From Alkanindiges illinoisensis DSM 15370 (GTDB taxonomy: Bacteria > Pseudomonadota > Gammaproteobacteria > Pseudomonadales > Moraxellaceae), in NCBI RefSeq assembly GCF_000619845.1, contig NZ_JHUX01000003.1, positions 610,064-642,063 on the forward strand: a stretch of 32,000 nucleotides of DNA, read 5' to 3'. A program made the position numbers and the translations under genes. Positions 6,615 through 14,305 of the stretch are shown here, piece after piece. The stretch's first letter is position 1; every line of letters begins with the position of its first letter. The notes below the pieces were generated by a model. It had not been told where the DNA came from. It was given only the letters and a program-made list of their open reading frames with translations, and did no database searches.

Positions 6615-7148
6615 ATGGCTGGTTTAAACCTTGCGACATTAACCAATAAAGATGCATATATTGAAAAAATCCGTGCCGCACTGGAAACCGCAACCGGGCA
6701 ACAAATCCCGGCGGGTACCGTAGAGGTAGGGAAAGTCAAACGGGTGAGTGGGGTAAGCGCGGCACCTGTTACCTTTGCATTTGCTGGTGGTCAGTCATTG
6801 ACCCTTTATGTACGTGCGACTGCCGATGTATTTAAGGCTGAACTCAATGGCAAGGTCATCGTCCTGTCCGGTGATTTCAGTAACGACTGGAAACAAACCT
6901 TTGACGCTGCTGTGACTGGTGTGGCCAAGCTGGTACGTGATGGCCAAAAGGCGAAACAGGCAGAAAATGCACGTCAAAAAGTTAAAATTCCGCGTGCACC
7001 CAGCCAAAGCGTTACGGCAAAAATCAAGGAAGTGCAAGAACAGGAAGCCCAGCTTGATCAGCGTATCACTGAAAAAACTGCCCAGCGTGACCAGTTAAAA
7101 GAAAAACTGGAACAGGCCCGCGCGCAAATTGCAGCAGTGACCCAGTAA
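6615..7148 (+). CDS. Hypothetical protein; paralogue of the central domain of ORF 18114-20063, with a C-terminal coiled coil
   Basis: Shared blocks with 18114-20063: 'Y[IL]EK', 'V.V.K..KR..V...VT[FY]..A.GQS[LV]T[LI]' and 'QRIT[ED]KTA'. The tail is Q/E/K/A-rich. Confidence 0.6.
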   Translation: MAGLNLATLTNKDAYIEKIRAALETATGQQIPAGTVEVGKVKRVSGVSAAPVTFAFAGGQSLTLYVRATADVFKAELNGKVIVLSGDFSNDWKQTFDAAVTGVAKLVRDGQKAKQAENARQKVKIPRAPSQSVTAKIKEVQEQEAQLDQRITEKTAQRDQLKEKLEQARAQIAAVTQ

Positions 7149-7158
7149 GGGAGCCATC

Positions 7159-7518
7159 ATGGAAAATTCAATATTTATTGATATTTTTTTGATTGTACTT
7201 TCCCTGTGTTATGCAGGTTTTAGCTATGGCTGGAACAACAAGAACCGGGACACCATTTTAAAACTTAAAAATGATGTGTCCTATTCAAATTTGGTGATTC
7301 TGGCACGTATCCCTTTTCTCATCATTATGGCCCTGGTGCTGGTCTGGTTGGGATTTATGTGCTCGCTACTGTATGAGTGCCTGCTGTACTGGAAGGCTGC
7401 CGGTACGGGCTGTTACCTGTTGCTGGTGCTATTTGCTGGCGTCACTACCTGGCAAATTGGGGTTGCGCAGTACTGCAAGCTCATCCTGATCCATGCCAAA
7501 AGCCGTGGACTGACCTAA
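7159..7518 (+). CDS. Small integral membrane protein (3-4 predicted TM helices), function unknown
   Basis: GGGAG lies upstream of the ATG. Hydrophobic stretches: IFIDIFLIVLSLCYAGF, LVILARIPFLIIMALVLVWLGFMCSLLY, GCYLLLVLFAGVTTW. A TAATG overlap joins it to the next gene. Confidence 0.6.
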   Translation: MENSIFIDIFLIVLSLCYAGFSYGWNNKNRDTILKLKNDVSYSNLVILARIPFLIIMALVLVWLGFMCSLLYECLLYWKAAGTGCYLLLVLFAGVTTWQIGVAQYCKLILIHAKSRGLT

Positions 7519-7853
7519 TGATTGTTACCCAGCACATCATTGCCATGATTGAGCATTGGCTGAGTACGCCGCCCAATGCTTACATCGGGTCCAGCTATGG
7601 CGCTCCGCTCAATGATCTGATCTTAAACCGGTTAAGTGCGCCGGTTGGCAATGCATTTATTGCCAAGATGAAAACCGATATTCCTATTTTAACCAAGCTT
7701 AGCCCGGACCAGCTTTCGCTGTATAGCGACACACAAGGCCATGAAACCCGCATTATTTATTTGCGTGTGGGGAATGTGAATATCAACCTGAATAAAGCAG
7801 CTGAAGTGCGGGCACAACTTCGCGGGGAAACTTTTGATGTTAACGCAGTCTGA
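7518..7853 (+). CDS. Baseplate wedge protein, gp25/GPW-like
   Basis: 111 aa. 'IIAMIEHWLSTPPNAYIGSSYGAPLNDLI' resembles the GPW/gp25 N-terminal pattern (i..sI..iL.T..GeR...p.fG..l..l). It lies directly upstream of the J-like and I-like genes. The start is set by the TAATG overlap, so the track start at 7377 is rejected. Confidence 0.5.
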   Translation: MIVTQHIIAMIEHWLSTPPNAYIGSSYGAPLNDLILNRLSAPVGNAFIAKMKTDIPILTKLSPDQLSLYSDTQGHETRIIYLRVGNVNINLNKAAEVRAQLRGETFDVNAV

Positions 7854-9288
7854 TTTTGAAGCCGCATTGGTTGCAACCATTACTGACCCAGAGATTCTTG
7901 AGCGATATACCGCACAGGATCCACTGGTCATTCAGCAAATCCGCTCACAGGCGGCATTTTTTAGCCTAATGGCACAGGAAATTGATATTGCAACGCTTGA
8001 GCCGTTCAATAAAACCCGTGACCGCTCAATTATTGCCGATGCCACGAATAAGGGAATATTGCCTATTGCCACGGCTTGCCAGCATATTCTGGAAGTCATT
8101 AACCGCTCAACGGCAAGTATCACGTTAAGCCAAGGGCGGATGATAGAGGATAATAGCGGCGGGCGACCATGGCGTTTATTGCAATCCGTGACGGTGCCAG
8201 CTGGTGCTACAGGTCAGGTCGTAGTTGAACAAAGCGAGTACCGTGAAATTTCATACACGGTGCCGACCACAGAGCCTTTTCACCGTTTTAAGGTGGATTT
8301 AAAGGATGATCTGTCACTAGCCAATATCAGTGTGCGTGATACCGCTACACCAGCCAACCCATACCCGTTAAAAATTCGCTGGATGAATGCCGCAGCGCTG
8401 GATTATGCGGTCAATGTTACAACTGATAGTTTACGGCGCCTGTTTGTTGAGTTTGGTGATGATGAGCGGGCAGGGCGCACGGCACAGGCCAACCAAGTAT
8501 TTATTATTGCCTTGCTTGAAACCTATGGGGAAGTTGACGTATCGCGCTTGCGTGATGCCTCATTGCTTGATGTGCTCAGCAGTGATGAACAGCGCGTTTC
8601 CGTTCGCTTTAAATCGGGTGGACTTGTTAAACAGGGTGCAGACCCACTCAATGTGGCCCAGCTTCGCCTACTGGCCAGTTATCCGGCGCTTTATGATGAA
8701 AATGCCGTATTTTTAGAAAACTTTGATTATCTGGTACGTCAGAAATTCATGAACCGCACGCATTTTATTTCAGTCTGGAATGAAAATGTGCAGGAACGGC
8801 ATTACGGCGTCACATGGCATGACATCAATCATTTGAACCTTGCCGTTGTTGCTAAAAATCCAGCGGAGCAGGCCAGCATTCAGCAGGAAATAAAGCAGCT
8901 CATTGGGCGTGCTGATAGTTTGTATCAGGATCGGATGAATATTCGGGTAGTAGCAGAAAAACCGTGTCAGGTGACTATTACCGGGCGGCTAGCTGCAGTG
9001 CATGATCTGGACACCGTTAAGGCACAGATTAAAAACCTATTGGTTGACCGTTATGGCCGTACCACCATTGTTGCAAGTCGCTGGCTGGTGAATGGCTTTA
9101 ACAGTCAGGAAATGGCCACGCTGTTGCGCAATAACATTGTCGCGTTTCAGGACCGTATCAGTGATTTTTCAATCAATGTGCAGGCTGGCACCAACAAGCC
9201 GCATGAGTGGGTCTATCTGACGGCTGACAGTATTACGGTCAATCTTGAGCGAACTGCCGATTCAGTGAGCGCGCCATGGATACTTTAA
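7837..9288 (+). CDS. Baseplate J-like protein
   Basis: 483 aa from ATG 7837 (GGGGAA 8 nt upstream; the track start is TTG 7834). The call rests on size and the W-J-I gene order typical of P2/Mu baseplates, not on a motif I can point to. Confidence 0.5.
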   Translation: MLTQSDFEAALVATITDPEILERYTAQDPLVIQQIRSQAAFFSLMAQEIDIATLEPFNKTRDRSIIADATNKGILPIATACQHILEVINRSTASITLSQGRMIEDNSGGRPWRLLQSVTVPAGATGQVVVEQSEYREISYTVPTTEPFHRFKVDLKDDLSLANISVRDTATPANPYPLKIRWMNAAALDYAVNVTTDSLRRLFVEFGDDERAGRTAQANQVFIIALLETYGEVDVSRLRDASLLDVLSSDEQRVSVRFKSGGLVKQGADPLNVAQLRLLASYPALYDENAVFLENFDYLVRQKFMNRTHFISVWNENVQERHYGVTWHDINHLNLAVVAKNPAEQASIQQEIKQLIGRADSLYQDRMNIRVVAEKPCQVTITGRLAAVHDLDTVKAQIKNLLVDRYGRTTIVASRWLVNGFNSQEMATLLRNNIVAFQDRISDFSINVQAGTNKPHEWVYLTADSITVNLERTADSVSAPWIL

Positions 9289-9887
9289 ACTTTACCCGGC
9301 CGGTTGATGATCAATATGCGCACATCGGTTTGGAAACGGCACTGGTTCAGGCGTTCCACCAGGTGTATATCGAACAGTTCAGCCAGAAAATGCAGGATTT
9401 GGTTGATTATGGCGCCCCGCATATCGGTAGCCGCACGGTTATTGAAAGGTTTAGCAAACAGGACGGACTGGTTGTGTTACGCCGTCCAGTCACGTCTGAT
9501 ACGTTAATGCGAGTGATTTATGCAAACTGGTCCAGTCTGGCCAGTGAACGGGGCTTGGGCTTTTTAGAATTTGTGCTGAAAATGGTCTGGGCAAATCAAT
9601 GGCAAATTATCAGGCTATGGCACAGCGTTGCACGCATCAACCAATATCCTTTGTTTTTAAGCACTGAACAGCAGGCCAATTATTTCCTGACCAGCCGCAT
9701 CATGATTAGTCTTGATGCTACGGTTAGTATTGCAGAAATAGCGGAGTTGTCGCCCATTATCCGCCGTTTGGTGCCTGCTAATATCGTGGTCAAGGTCAAT
9801 GCCAAGGCCTTAAACCGGGAAGCGGAAACCAAGGCGATTGGCGTTGCTATGGTGGGCAAGGTTTATAATGTGGTGGATTTAAGCTAA
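9276..9887 (+). CDS. Baseplate/tail protein I-like
   Basis: 203 aa, overlapping the J-like stop. 'WSSLASERGLGFLEFVLKMVW...' and the C-terminal '...IIRRLVPANIVVKV' resemble the gpI pattern (w..kGT..gl...l......v.eW ... l...i...kPa...l). Confidence 0.45.
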   Translation: MDTLNFTRPVDDQYAHIGLETALVQAFHQVYIEQFSQKMQDLVDYGAPHIGSRTVIERFSKQDGLVVLRRPVTSDTLMRVIYANWSSLASERGLGFLEFVLKMVWANQWQIIRLWHSVARINQYPLFLSTEQQANYFLTSRIMISLDATVSIAEIAELSPIIRRLVPANIVVKVNAKALNREAETKAIGVAMVGKVYNVVDLS

Positions 9888-9896
9888 GCGTTCTTA

Positions 9897-10280
9897 TTAT
9901 TTTTTAGGGGGTTTGTCGTTATCGTAAACCCCTTCGATAATTAACTGGGAATCCGTTTCAAGCAAAACGCACACCTGAGCGTGATAATCCAGGTCATTAA
10001 CGATTTTGATAGCTTCTTCAACATCATCAAATTTCTTAGCCAAAATCGGAGTACGCGCATAAGCACGCTTGATCATCATATTATTTTCTTCAAATTTTGC
10101 TAGAAATTCATCTGGTTCAGGCAAATGAACCACATAGCCGTTAAAGCTAGTGTTATCAGGCAGGCCCAGTTCTTTAATCGTGTCTTTTAAATTGCGTGGC
10201 CTAAGGTCATATTTTTCAGCCAGCGTTTCAGCCTGTTTTTTTCGTTCTTCAAAATTCCCGCGTTGCTTGGCCTGACCCAT
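9897..10280 (-). CDS. Hypothetical protein on the opposite strand (moron), function unknown
   Basis: 127 aa starting at an ATG (MGQAKQRGNFEERKKQ...). It converges on the I-like gene with a 9-nt gap. G+C is lower (~35-42% in my hand counts). Confidence 0.6.
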   Translation of the reverse strand: MGQAKQRGNFEERKKQAETLAEKYDLRPRNLKDTIKELGLPDNTSFNGYVVHLPEPDEFLAKFEENNMMIKRAYARTPILAKKFDDVEEAIKIVNDLDYHAQVCVLLETDSQLIIEGVYDNDKPPKK

Positions 10281-10315
10281 ATTTCATACTCAATAAAAAG
10301 ATTAAATATTTATAT

Positions 10316-10358
10316 TGGAACTACCCACCTTTTGCAAATTTTAAATAACGCACACTAG
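10316..10358 (+). promoter_or_regulatory. Copy E of the element (variant TGGAACT)
   Basis: TGGAACT 10316-10322, 24 nt, then AACGCACACTAG 10347-10358. The ATG at 10386 lies 27 nt further on. Confidence 0.35.
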
Positions 10359-10385
10359 ACGCATCAAAGCATTTCGAGAACAACA

Positions 10386-11036
10386 ATGCGTCAGTCCAAC
10401 CCAATCTTAGCTCATCAGCTGGAAGCCGATGCACAGGCCATGCTGCAACTGGGTTCCCCACTTCTATCATGTCAGGGGATGTTTGTACCGCGTGACATGC
10501 CGGAACTACGCTTTTTATTTAAAAGTGGCCCGCGTCCAATTATCACCAATAGTGATCCTGCTGAAACTCACATGGCTGGCGGCAATGTGATTATCACCGC
10601 AGGTTGCCCTGTGACCAAGTACACGGGCAATTTACAAATCATTGTGACCGAAGCTTGTCATGAGCAATTGTTCGCTGAATATATCGTGGCCAGTGGCGGG
10701 ATACTGGATGTGTGCGATTTTTATGATGGGCGCGTCGATAGCTTTACCGCTGCCTACGAACTTAAAAACTGTGCAATTCGCTTTGAGCCTGGCGAATGGG
10801 ATAGTGAGAGCAAATCGCAGACCCAAATCATATCCGCGCCTATTGATTACAACTACTACGGCAATTTTGCCAGCATTGGCGTCAATGGCACCGTATTGCC
10901 CGGTAAGCGCAAGGTTGAAGGCGTGGACGACCTGATTAACAGAGTTGAACGTGTAGTCCGTACGGCACAGTCTGCTACTAGCCTTGCACGTAATGCCGTC
11001 AGTGTTGGTCGCCAAATCGGTTCTTTGTTTGGGTAA
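10386..11036 (+). CDS. Hypothetical tail protein (possible tail tube)
   Basis: 216 aa; GAGAA lies upstream. It is the first gene of the unit that contains the hub, fibre and spike genes. The tube assignment is a guess from size and context only. Confidence 0.55.
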   Translation: MRQSNPILAHQLEADAQAMLQLGSPLLSCQGMFVPRDMPELRFLFKSGPRPIITNSDPAETHMAGGNVIITAGCPVTKYTGNLQIIVTEACHEQLFAEYIVASGGILDVCDFYDGRVDSFTAAYELKNCAIRFEPGEWDSESKSQTQIISAPIDYNYYGNFASIGVNGTVLPGKRKVEGVDDLINRVERVVRTAQSATSLARNAVSVGRQIGSLFG

Positions 11037-11045
11037 GCAGGGACA

Positions 11046-11069
11046 GCATGCGGGAGTTTTCCCGCATGC
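11046..11069 (+). other. Intergenic stem-loop without a U-tract
   Basis: GCATGCGGG-agtttt-CCCGCATGC: perfect 9-bp stem, followed by cgcataggg rather than a T-run. Confidence 0.6.
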
Positions 11070-11087
11070 CGCATAGGGTGAGTTGAT

Positions 11088-11540
11088 ATGGCCATGATCT
11101 TAAATCCTTATAACGGGACGCATTATCCAGATGCAGAGGCAGGCACAATTGAAAGTCTGGCATTGCATTTACAGCTTGAGTTGACTGGCAGCGGTTACTC
11201 ATTGCTGGATGAAGATGTACTGCGCCTGTACCTCACTGAAACCCAGTATTACGCAGCGTGGGCAACCCTTGAATGCCAGAAGAAAGCGACAAGTCTATTT
11301 ATATTGGATAAGGACATTGAATTAATGGCTTTTGAATGGGCCATTATTGATCCTGTTATCCGGGCACACTGCAACCTGATGCAGGCTCACTTAATTGAAG
11401 CGTGCAGTAGTCTGGGCTGGCCGGGTTTTAATTTAACAGTGACTGAAGCTGACCAGATTTATAAGGAAGAGCGTGAAAAGCTGCAAAAAGCTGCTTTTTG
11501 TGAAAAGCCTTTTAGCTTCAAAACCCTGAGCGGCCTGTAA
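11088..11540 (+). CDS. Hypothetical tail-module protein
   Basis: 150 aa; GGGTGAG lies upstream of the ATG. A TAATG overlap joins it to the next gene. Confidence 0.6.
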   Translation: MAMILNPYNGTHYPDAEAGTIESLALHLQLELTGSGYSLLDEDVLRLYLTETQYYAAWATLECQKKATSLFILDKDIELMAFEWAIIDPVIRAHCNLMQAHLIEACSSLGWPGFNLTVTEADQIYKEEREKLQKAAFCEKPFSFKTLSGL

Positions 11541-12430
11541 TGCGGATAACTTTACTGGCCAGCAACCGGAATATTTCCGCCTCTGAATTGTTGAGTTGTA
11601 CGCAGCGCTTTGACCTGACGCCAATGCCGACCCATGTTGAGTTGGTCGTACAGTCCACCGCAGAAATGGATGAGCAGCTTAAAGAAGGCCGTGAAATTCT
11701 AGTGGGTGATGTACTGGCACCATACGAACTGATTTATGTAGACCCGGTTAAATCCCAGCACATCAAGGAAGGTCGCCGTATTGGTGGTATTCCCTGTATT
11801 GCTGCATTAGCGGGTTGTAAACGCTTGATTGAAGCTAGCACCAAGCCCGTGATTGAAACCCAGACTTCTTTTAATTCTGCGATTCGTGCTTGTGGCGCTA
11901 AAACATCGCTGGGTGATGATCTGCCTCTACCGAAATTTATCTGTTTAAAGGGCACAAGGCCATCAAATCGGCTTGCCATGTATTTGCAGCAAGAAGCGGC
12001 AGTGATGTGCTTTAGAAACAATAAAATGGCAGCAGTCAAAATTGACATGCTGTTAAACCAGAAACCCATGCTAAAGCTAGACCCCAGTGCAGTGCAATGG
12101 ATAGAAAGCCAGACTCTGGAAAACATGCATAAGTCGTCGTATGTGTCTATTGATTCTGATGGGGTTACAGTTTTGGGAGAGGATACGACACTTGGGCAGC
12201 AGGTGATTCAGCGTGCAGGCCTTGATGCCCGCCAACTTAAAAACCTAGAAAAAGTCTTAATGCTGCGCGGAGTAATGATCAGGCCATTTAGTCCGACCTG
12301 GCGTGCTGGCGACGTGGTTGAGATTAATCGCAAGAAATATGTGTTTTTAACTGTGGCCCATCATGTTGCGACCGCTGCGTTAGGTGGTGCATCGGCAATG
12401 GCTACAAAGGTTTGGCTGGCCAGCCTGTAG
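11540..12430 (+). CDS. Baseplate hub protein, gpD / Mu gp44-like
   Basis: 296 aa. The C-terminus 'WRAGDVVEINRKKYVFLTVAHHVA...' resembles the gpD-family ending (G..v.i.....g.y.i..v.H). It lies in the tail module, and a V-like spike gene is nearby. Confidence 0.4.
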   Translation: MRITLLASNRNISASELLSCTQRFDLTPMPTHVELVVQSTAEMDEQLKEGREILVGDVLAPYELIYVDPVKSQHIKEGRRIGGIPCIAALAGCKRLIEASTKPVIETQTSFNSAIRACGAKTSLGDDLPLPKFICLKGTRPSNRLAMYLQQEAAVMCFRNNKMAAVKIDMLLNQKPMLKLDPSAVQWIESQTLENMHKSSYVSIDSDGVTVLGEDTTLGQQVIQRAGLDARQLKNLEKVLMLRGVMIRPFSPTWRAGDVVEINRKKYVFLTVAHHVATAALGGASAMATKVWLASL

Positions 12431-12437
12431 GAACGAT

Positions 12438-12818
12438 ATGAATACCACAAAGATTTTAGGTGAAGCAGTTGGGGTGCAATATCAAGAAATACAAGATCAT
12501 TCTGAAACTGATGTTGGGTCAATCCTTACCAGTGCTTTAATCATTGGACGTTTTAAGCGTGGCGAAGTAGGCCGGGCAATGAATATCCATCAAGGCAATA
12601 TTAGGGGCATGCTGGGTTATGACCCTAAAAATCTTGATTACATCGCTGTGCAAGATTGCCTTGATGCAGGTGTGTCTAGTGTGATGGTGCTTCGAGTATC
12701 TAATTTAGAAAGTATTGAACCCGAAGAATTTAGTTTTTTAAGAGCAGAACAGTCAGACGAGCTAATCCTGTTTGACGGCGACCTATCACCTATCCTTATT
12801 GAAAGCGGAGTTACTTAA
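12438..12818 (+). CDS. Stand-alone paralogue of the tail-sheath N-terminal domain (126 aa)
   Basis: ATG 12438 is preceded by AGGA. The first 14 aa (MNTTKILGEAVGVQ) are identical to those of 3562-3849, and identity is ~67% over ~93 aa by my alignment. Confidence 0.7.
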   Translation: MNTTKILGEAVGVQYQEIQDHSETDVGSILTSALIIGRFKRGEVGRAMNIHQGNIRGMLGYDPKNLDYIAVQDCLDAGVSSVMVLRVSNLESIEPEEFSFLRAEQSDELILFDGDLSPILIESGVT

Positions 12819-14305
12819 TGGCCAATCAATCCATATCCCAGCGGCCAGAAGCCACTACACTCAAAGATAATGACCTCATCCCAATTAGCCAGAAACAACC
12901 GAATGGCAGCTATCTGACCTGTAAAGTCACTGCCGATAAGCTCAAAGGTGCATCATCGTATCAGCAGTGGTTTAACCAGAATACGTCTGAGAATACCTAC
13001 CTGACAATGCAGAGTATTCAGCAAATCCAGCAGGTATCAAATTACAATAGTATTAGCAGCTTTATTGCTGCAACTAACCTAAACAGTACTTACAACAATT
13101 GGGCGCAGAACAATCTGGAAGTACAGTTAGGCTATTTGACTGATAGTGACTTGCTGGAACAGTTCAATACTTTTTTACAAGCCGACAGTAGCCGGACGTT
13201 TAATGATTTTCTCGTTAATCAAAACCTGTCTGCGAGCTTTAACTCATGGCTTACTGCAAACCAGTCTGATTTGTTTGCTTCATTTGCCCAGAATACAGAA
13301 GCCCTTGCTGCTTACACCAGCTATCTTCAAACCCATGCTCAAGCAACGATACAGCAGTTTTTAAGCAATATCGGTGCGCAGGACGGGTTTAATAACTGGC
13401 TAGAGGCGCGTGTTGATAAACTCACCGAAGACGCATTTAACCGCATGATGGAAGGTAAAACCAGTAAGCCCGTTCCTGCATCCAAGTTTGAAAAGTTCTG
13501 GATCAGCCTGTGCGGTATATACCAGCCATCTAGTCCGCCTGCACCCAGTGATTTATTGGTCAATGCAATTGCACTGCCCACTGATATTTTCTTTGATCGG
13601 AATGAAAAGCATCAGGTTTCTCCGATTGATGAAAATATCCCTAATTTCATGCTAACCAGTAGTACTGGTTTCTGGATCAGGGATGCAGGCCATTACACTG
13701 AAGATGGTATTCATACAGAAGAACCTATAGAGCTGACTGTTACCCCGAATGGTGACTTTGCTCCTTTTAATTGGCTTGATGCTGGCCAGCGCTTATATGT
13801 TAAAGCTGGAAGTACCCTTGAAGTTGGTTGGGCTGATACACCTGCTGCTATGGCATTAAAGACTGTGACGCTGGTTGCCAAGAAGAAAGTAGAAGTAGAG
13901 TCAGATACAGCAGTCGTGAAGTTATCGGGCTGGTTTAAGATTTATGACAGCGTCAAGGGCTGGGTGCTGATGTCAACAGCGAGTGGCGCTCTGCCTGCCA
14001 TATTGAGTCTGGGTGATGTTGCATTCTTTAGTGATAAGTTTTTATTTCAGGATTCGATGCTATCTAACTTCTTTTATAACGACTTTTCAGCCGTTGCTAC
14101 AGATTATGACCCGATATTCTATCAGCATGGCACTGTCACTATTAAGAATATGTCAGGAATTGATCGTGTGTTGACACTCGTTCCTTATAACCAGGGTACT
14201 ACCTATATCAGTTCAGTCGATGAAAACCCGAATGACCTGCCATCTAATATACAGATTAATGGTGGGGTTATTGCCATTAATCTAACCGCCAATCAGGATG
14301 CCTAA
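12818..14305 (+). CDS. Tail fibre protein
   Basis: GGAG lies upstream, with a TAATG overlap. The N-terminus 'TTLKDNDLIPISQKQPNGSYLTCKVTADKLKG' resembles the conserved fibre/tailspike N-terminal pattern. It is followed by ~8 degenerate [FY]N.[WF]L repeats and an unrelated C-terminal half. Confidence 0.5.
   Translation: MANQSISQRPEATTLKDNDLIPISQKQPNGSYLTCKVTADKLKGASSYQQWFNQNTSENTYLTMQSIQQIQQVSNYNSISSFIAATNLNSTYNNWAQNNLEVQLGYLTDSDLLEQFNTFLQADSSRTFNDFLVNQNLSASFNSWLTANQSDLFASFAQNTEALAAYTSYLQTHAQATIQQFLSNIGAQDGFNNWLEARVDKLTEDAFNRMMEGKTSKPVPASKFEKFWISLCGIYQPSSPPAPSDLLVNAIALPTDIFFDRNEKHQVSPIDENIPNFMLTSSTGFWIRDAGHYTEDGIHTEEPIELTVTPNGDFAPFNWLDAGQRLYVKAGSTLEVGWADTPAAMALKTVTLVAKKKVEVESDTAVVKLSGWFKIYDSVKGWVLMSTASGALPAILSLGDVAFFSDKFLFQDSMLSNFFYNDFSAVATDYDPIFYQHGTVTIKNMSGIDRVLTLVPYNQGTTYISSVDENPNDLPSNIQINGGVIAINLTANQDA

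Noticed and set aside
7377-7517. Upstream extension of the gp25-like ORF overlapping the membrane-protein gene
   Set aside because: It overlaps 7159-7518 out of frame for 141 nt. The TAATG junction at 7516-7520 gives a standard coupled start and a typical ~110-aa gp25-size protein.
12384-12437. GTG-started extension of the sheath-domain paralogue
   Set aside because: ATG 12438 has an AGGA RBS and reproduces the exact N-terminus (MNTTKILGEAVGVQ) of the paralogue at 3562. The extension also overlaps the end of 11540-12430.
12780-12830. Programmed -1 frameshift fusing the sheath-domain paralogue to the fibre
   Set aside because: The -1 frame carries a TGA just upstream (…ccttatTGAaag…), leaving only ~15 nt of overlap. 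That overlap contains no slippery X XXY YYZ heptamer.
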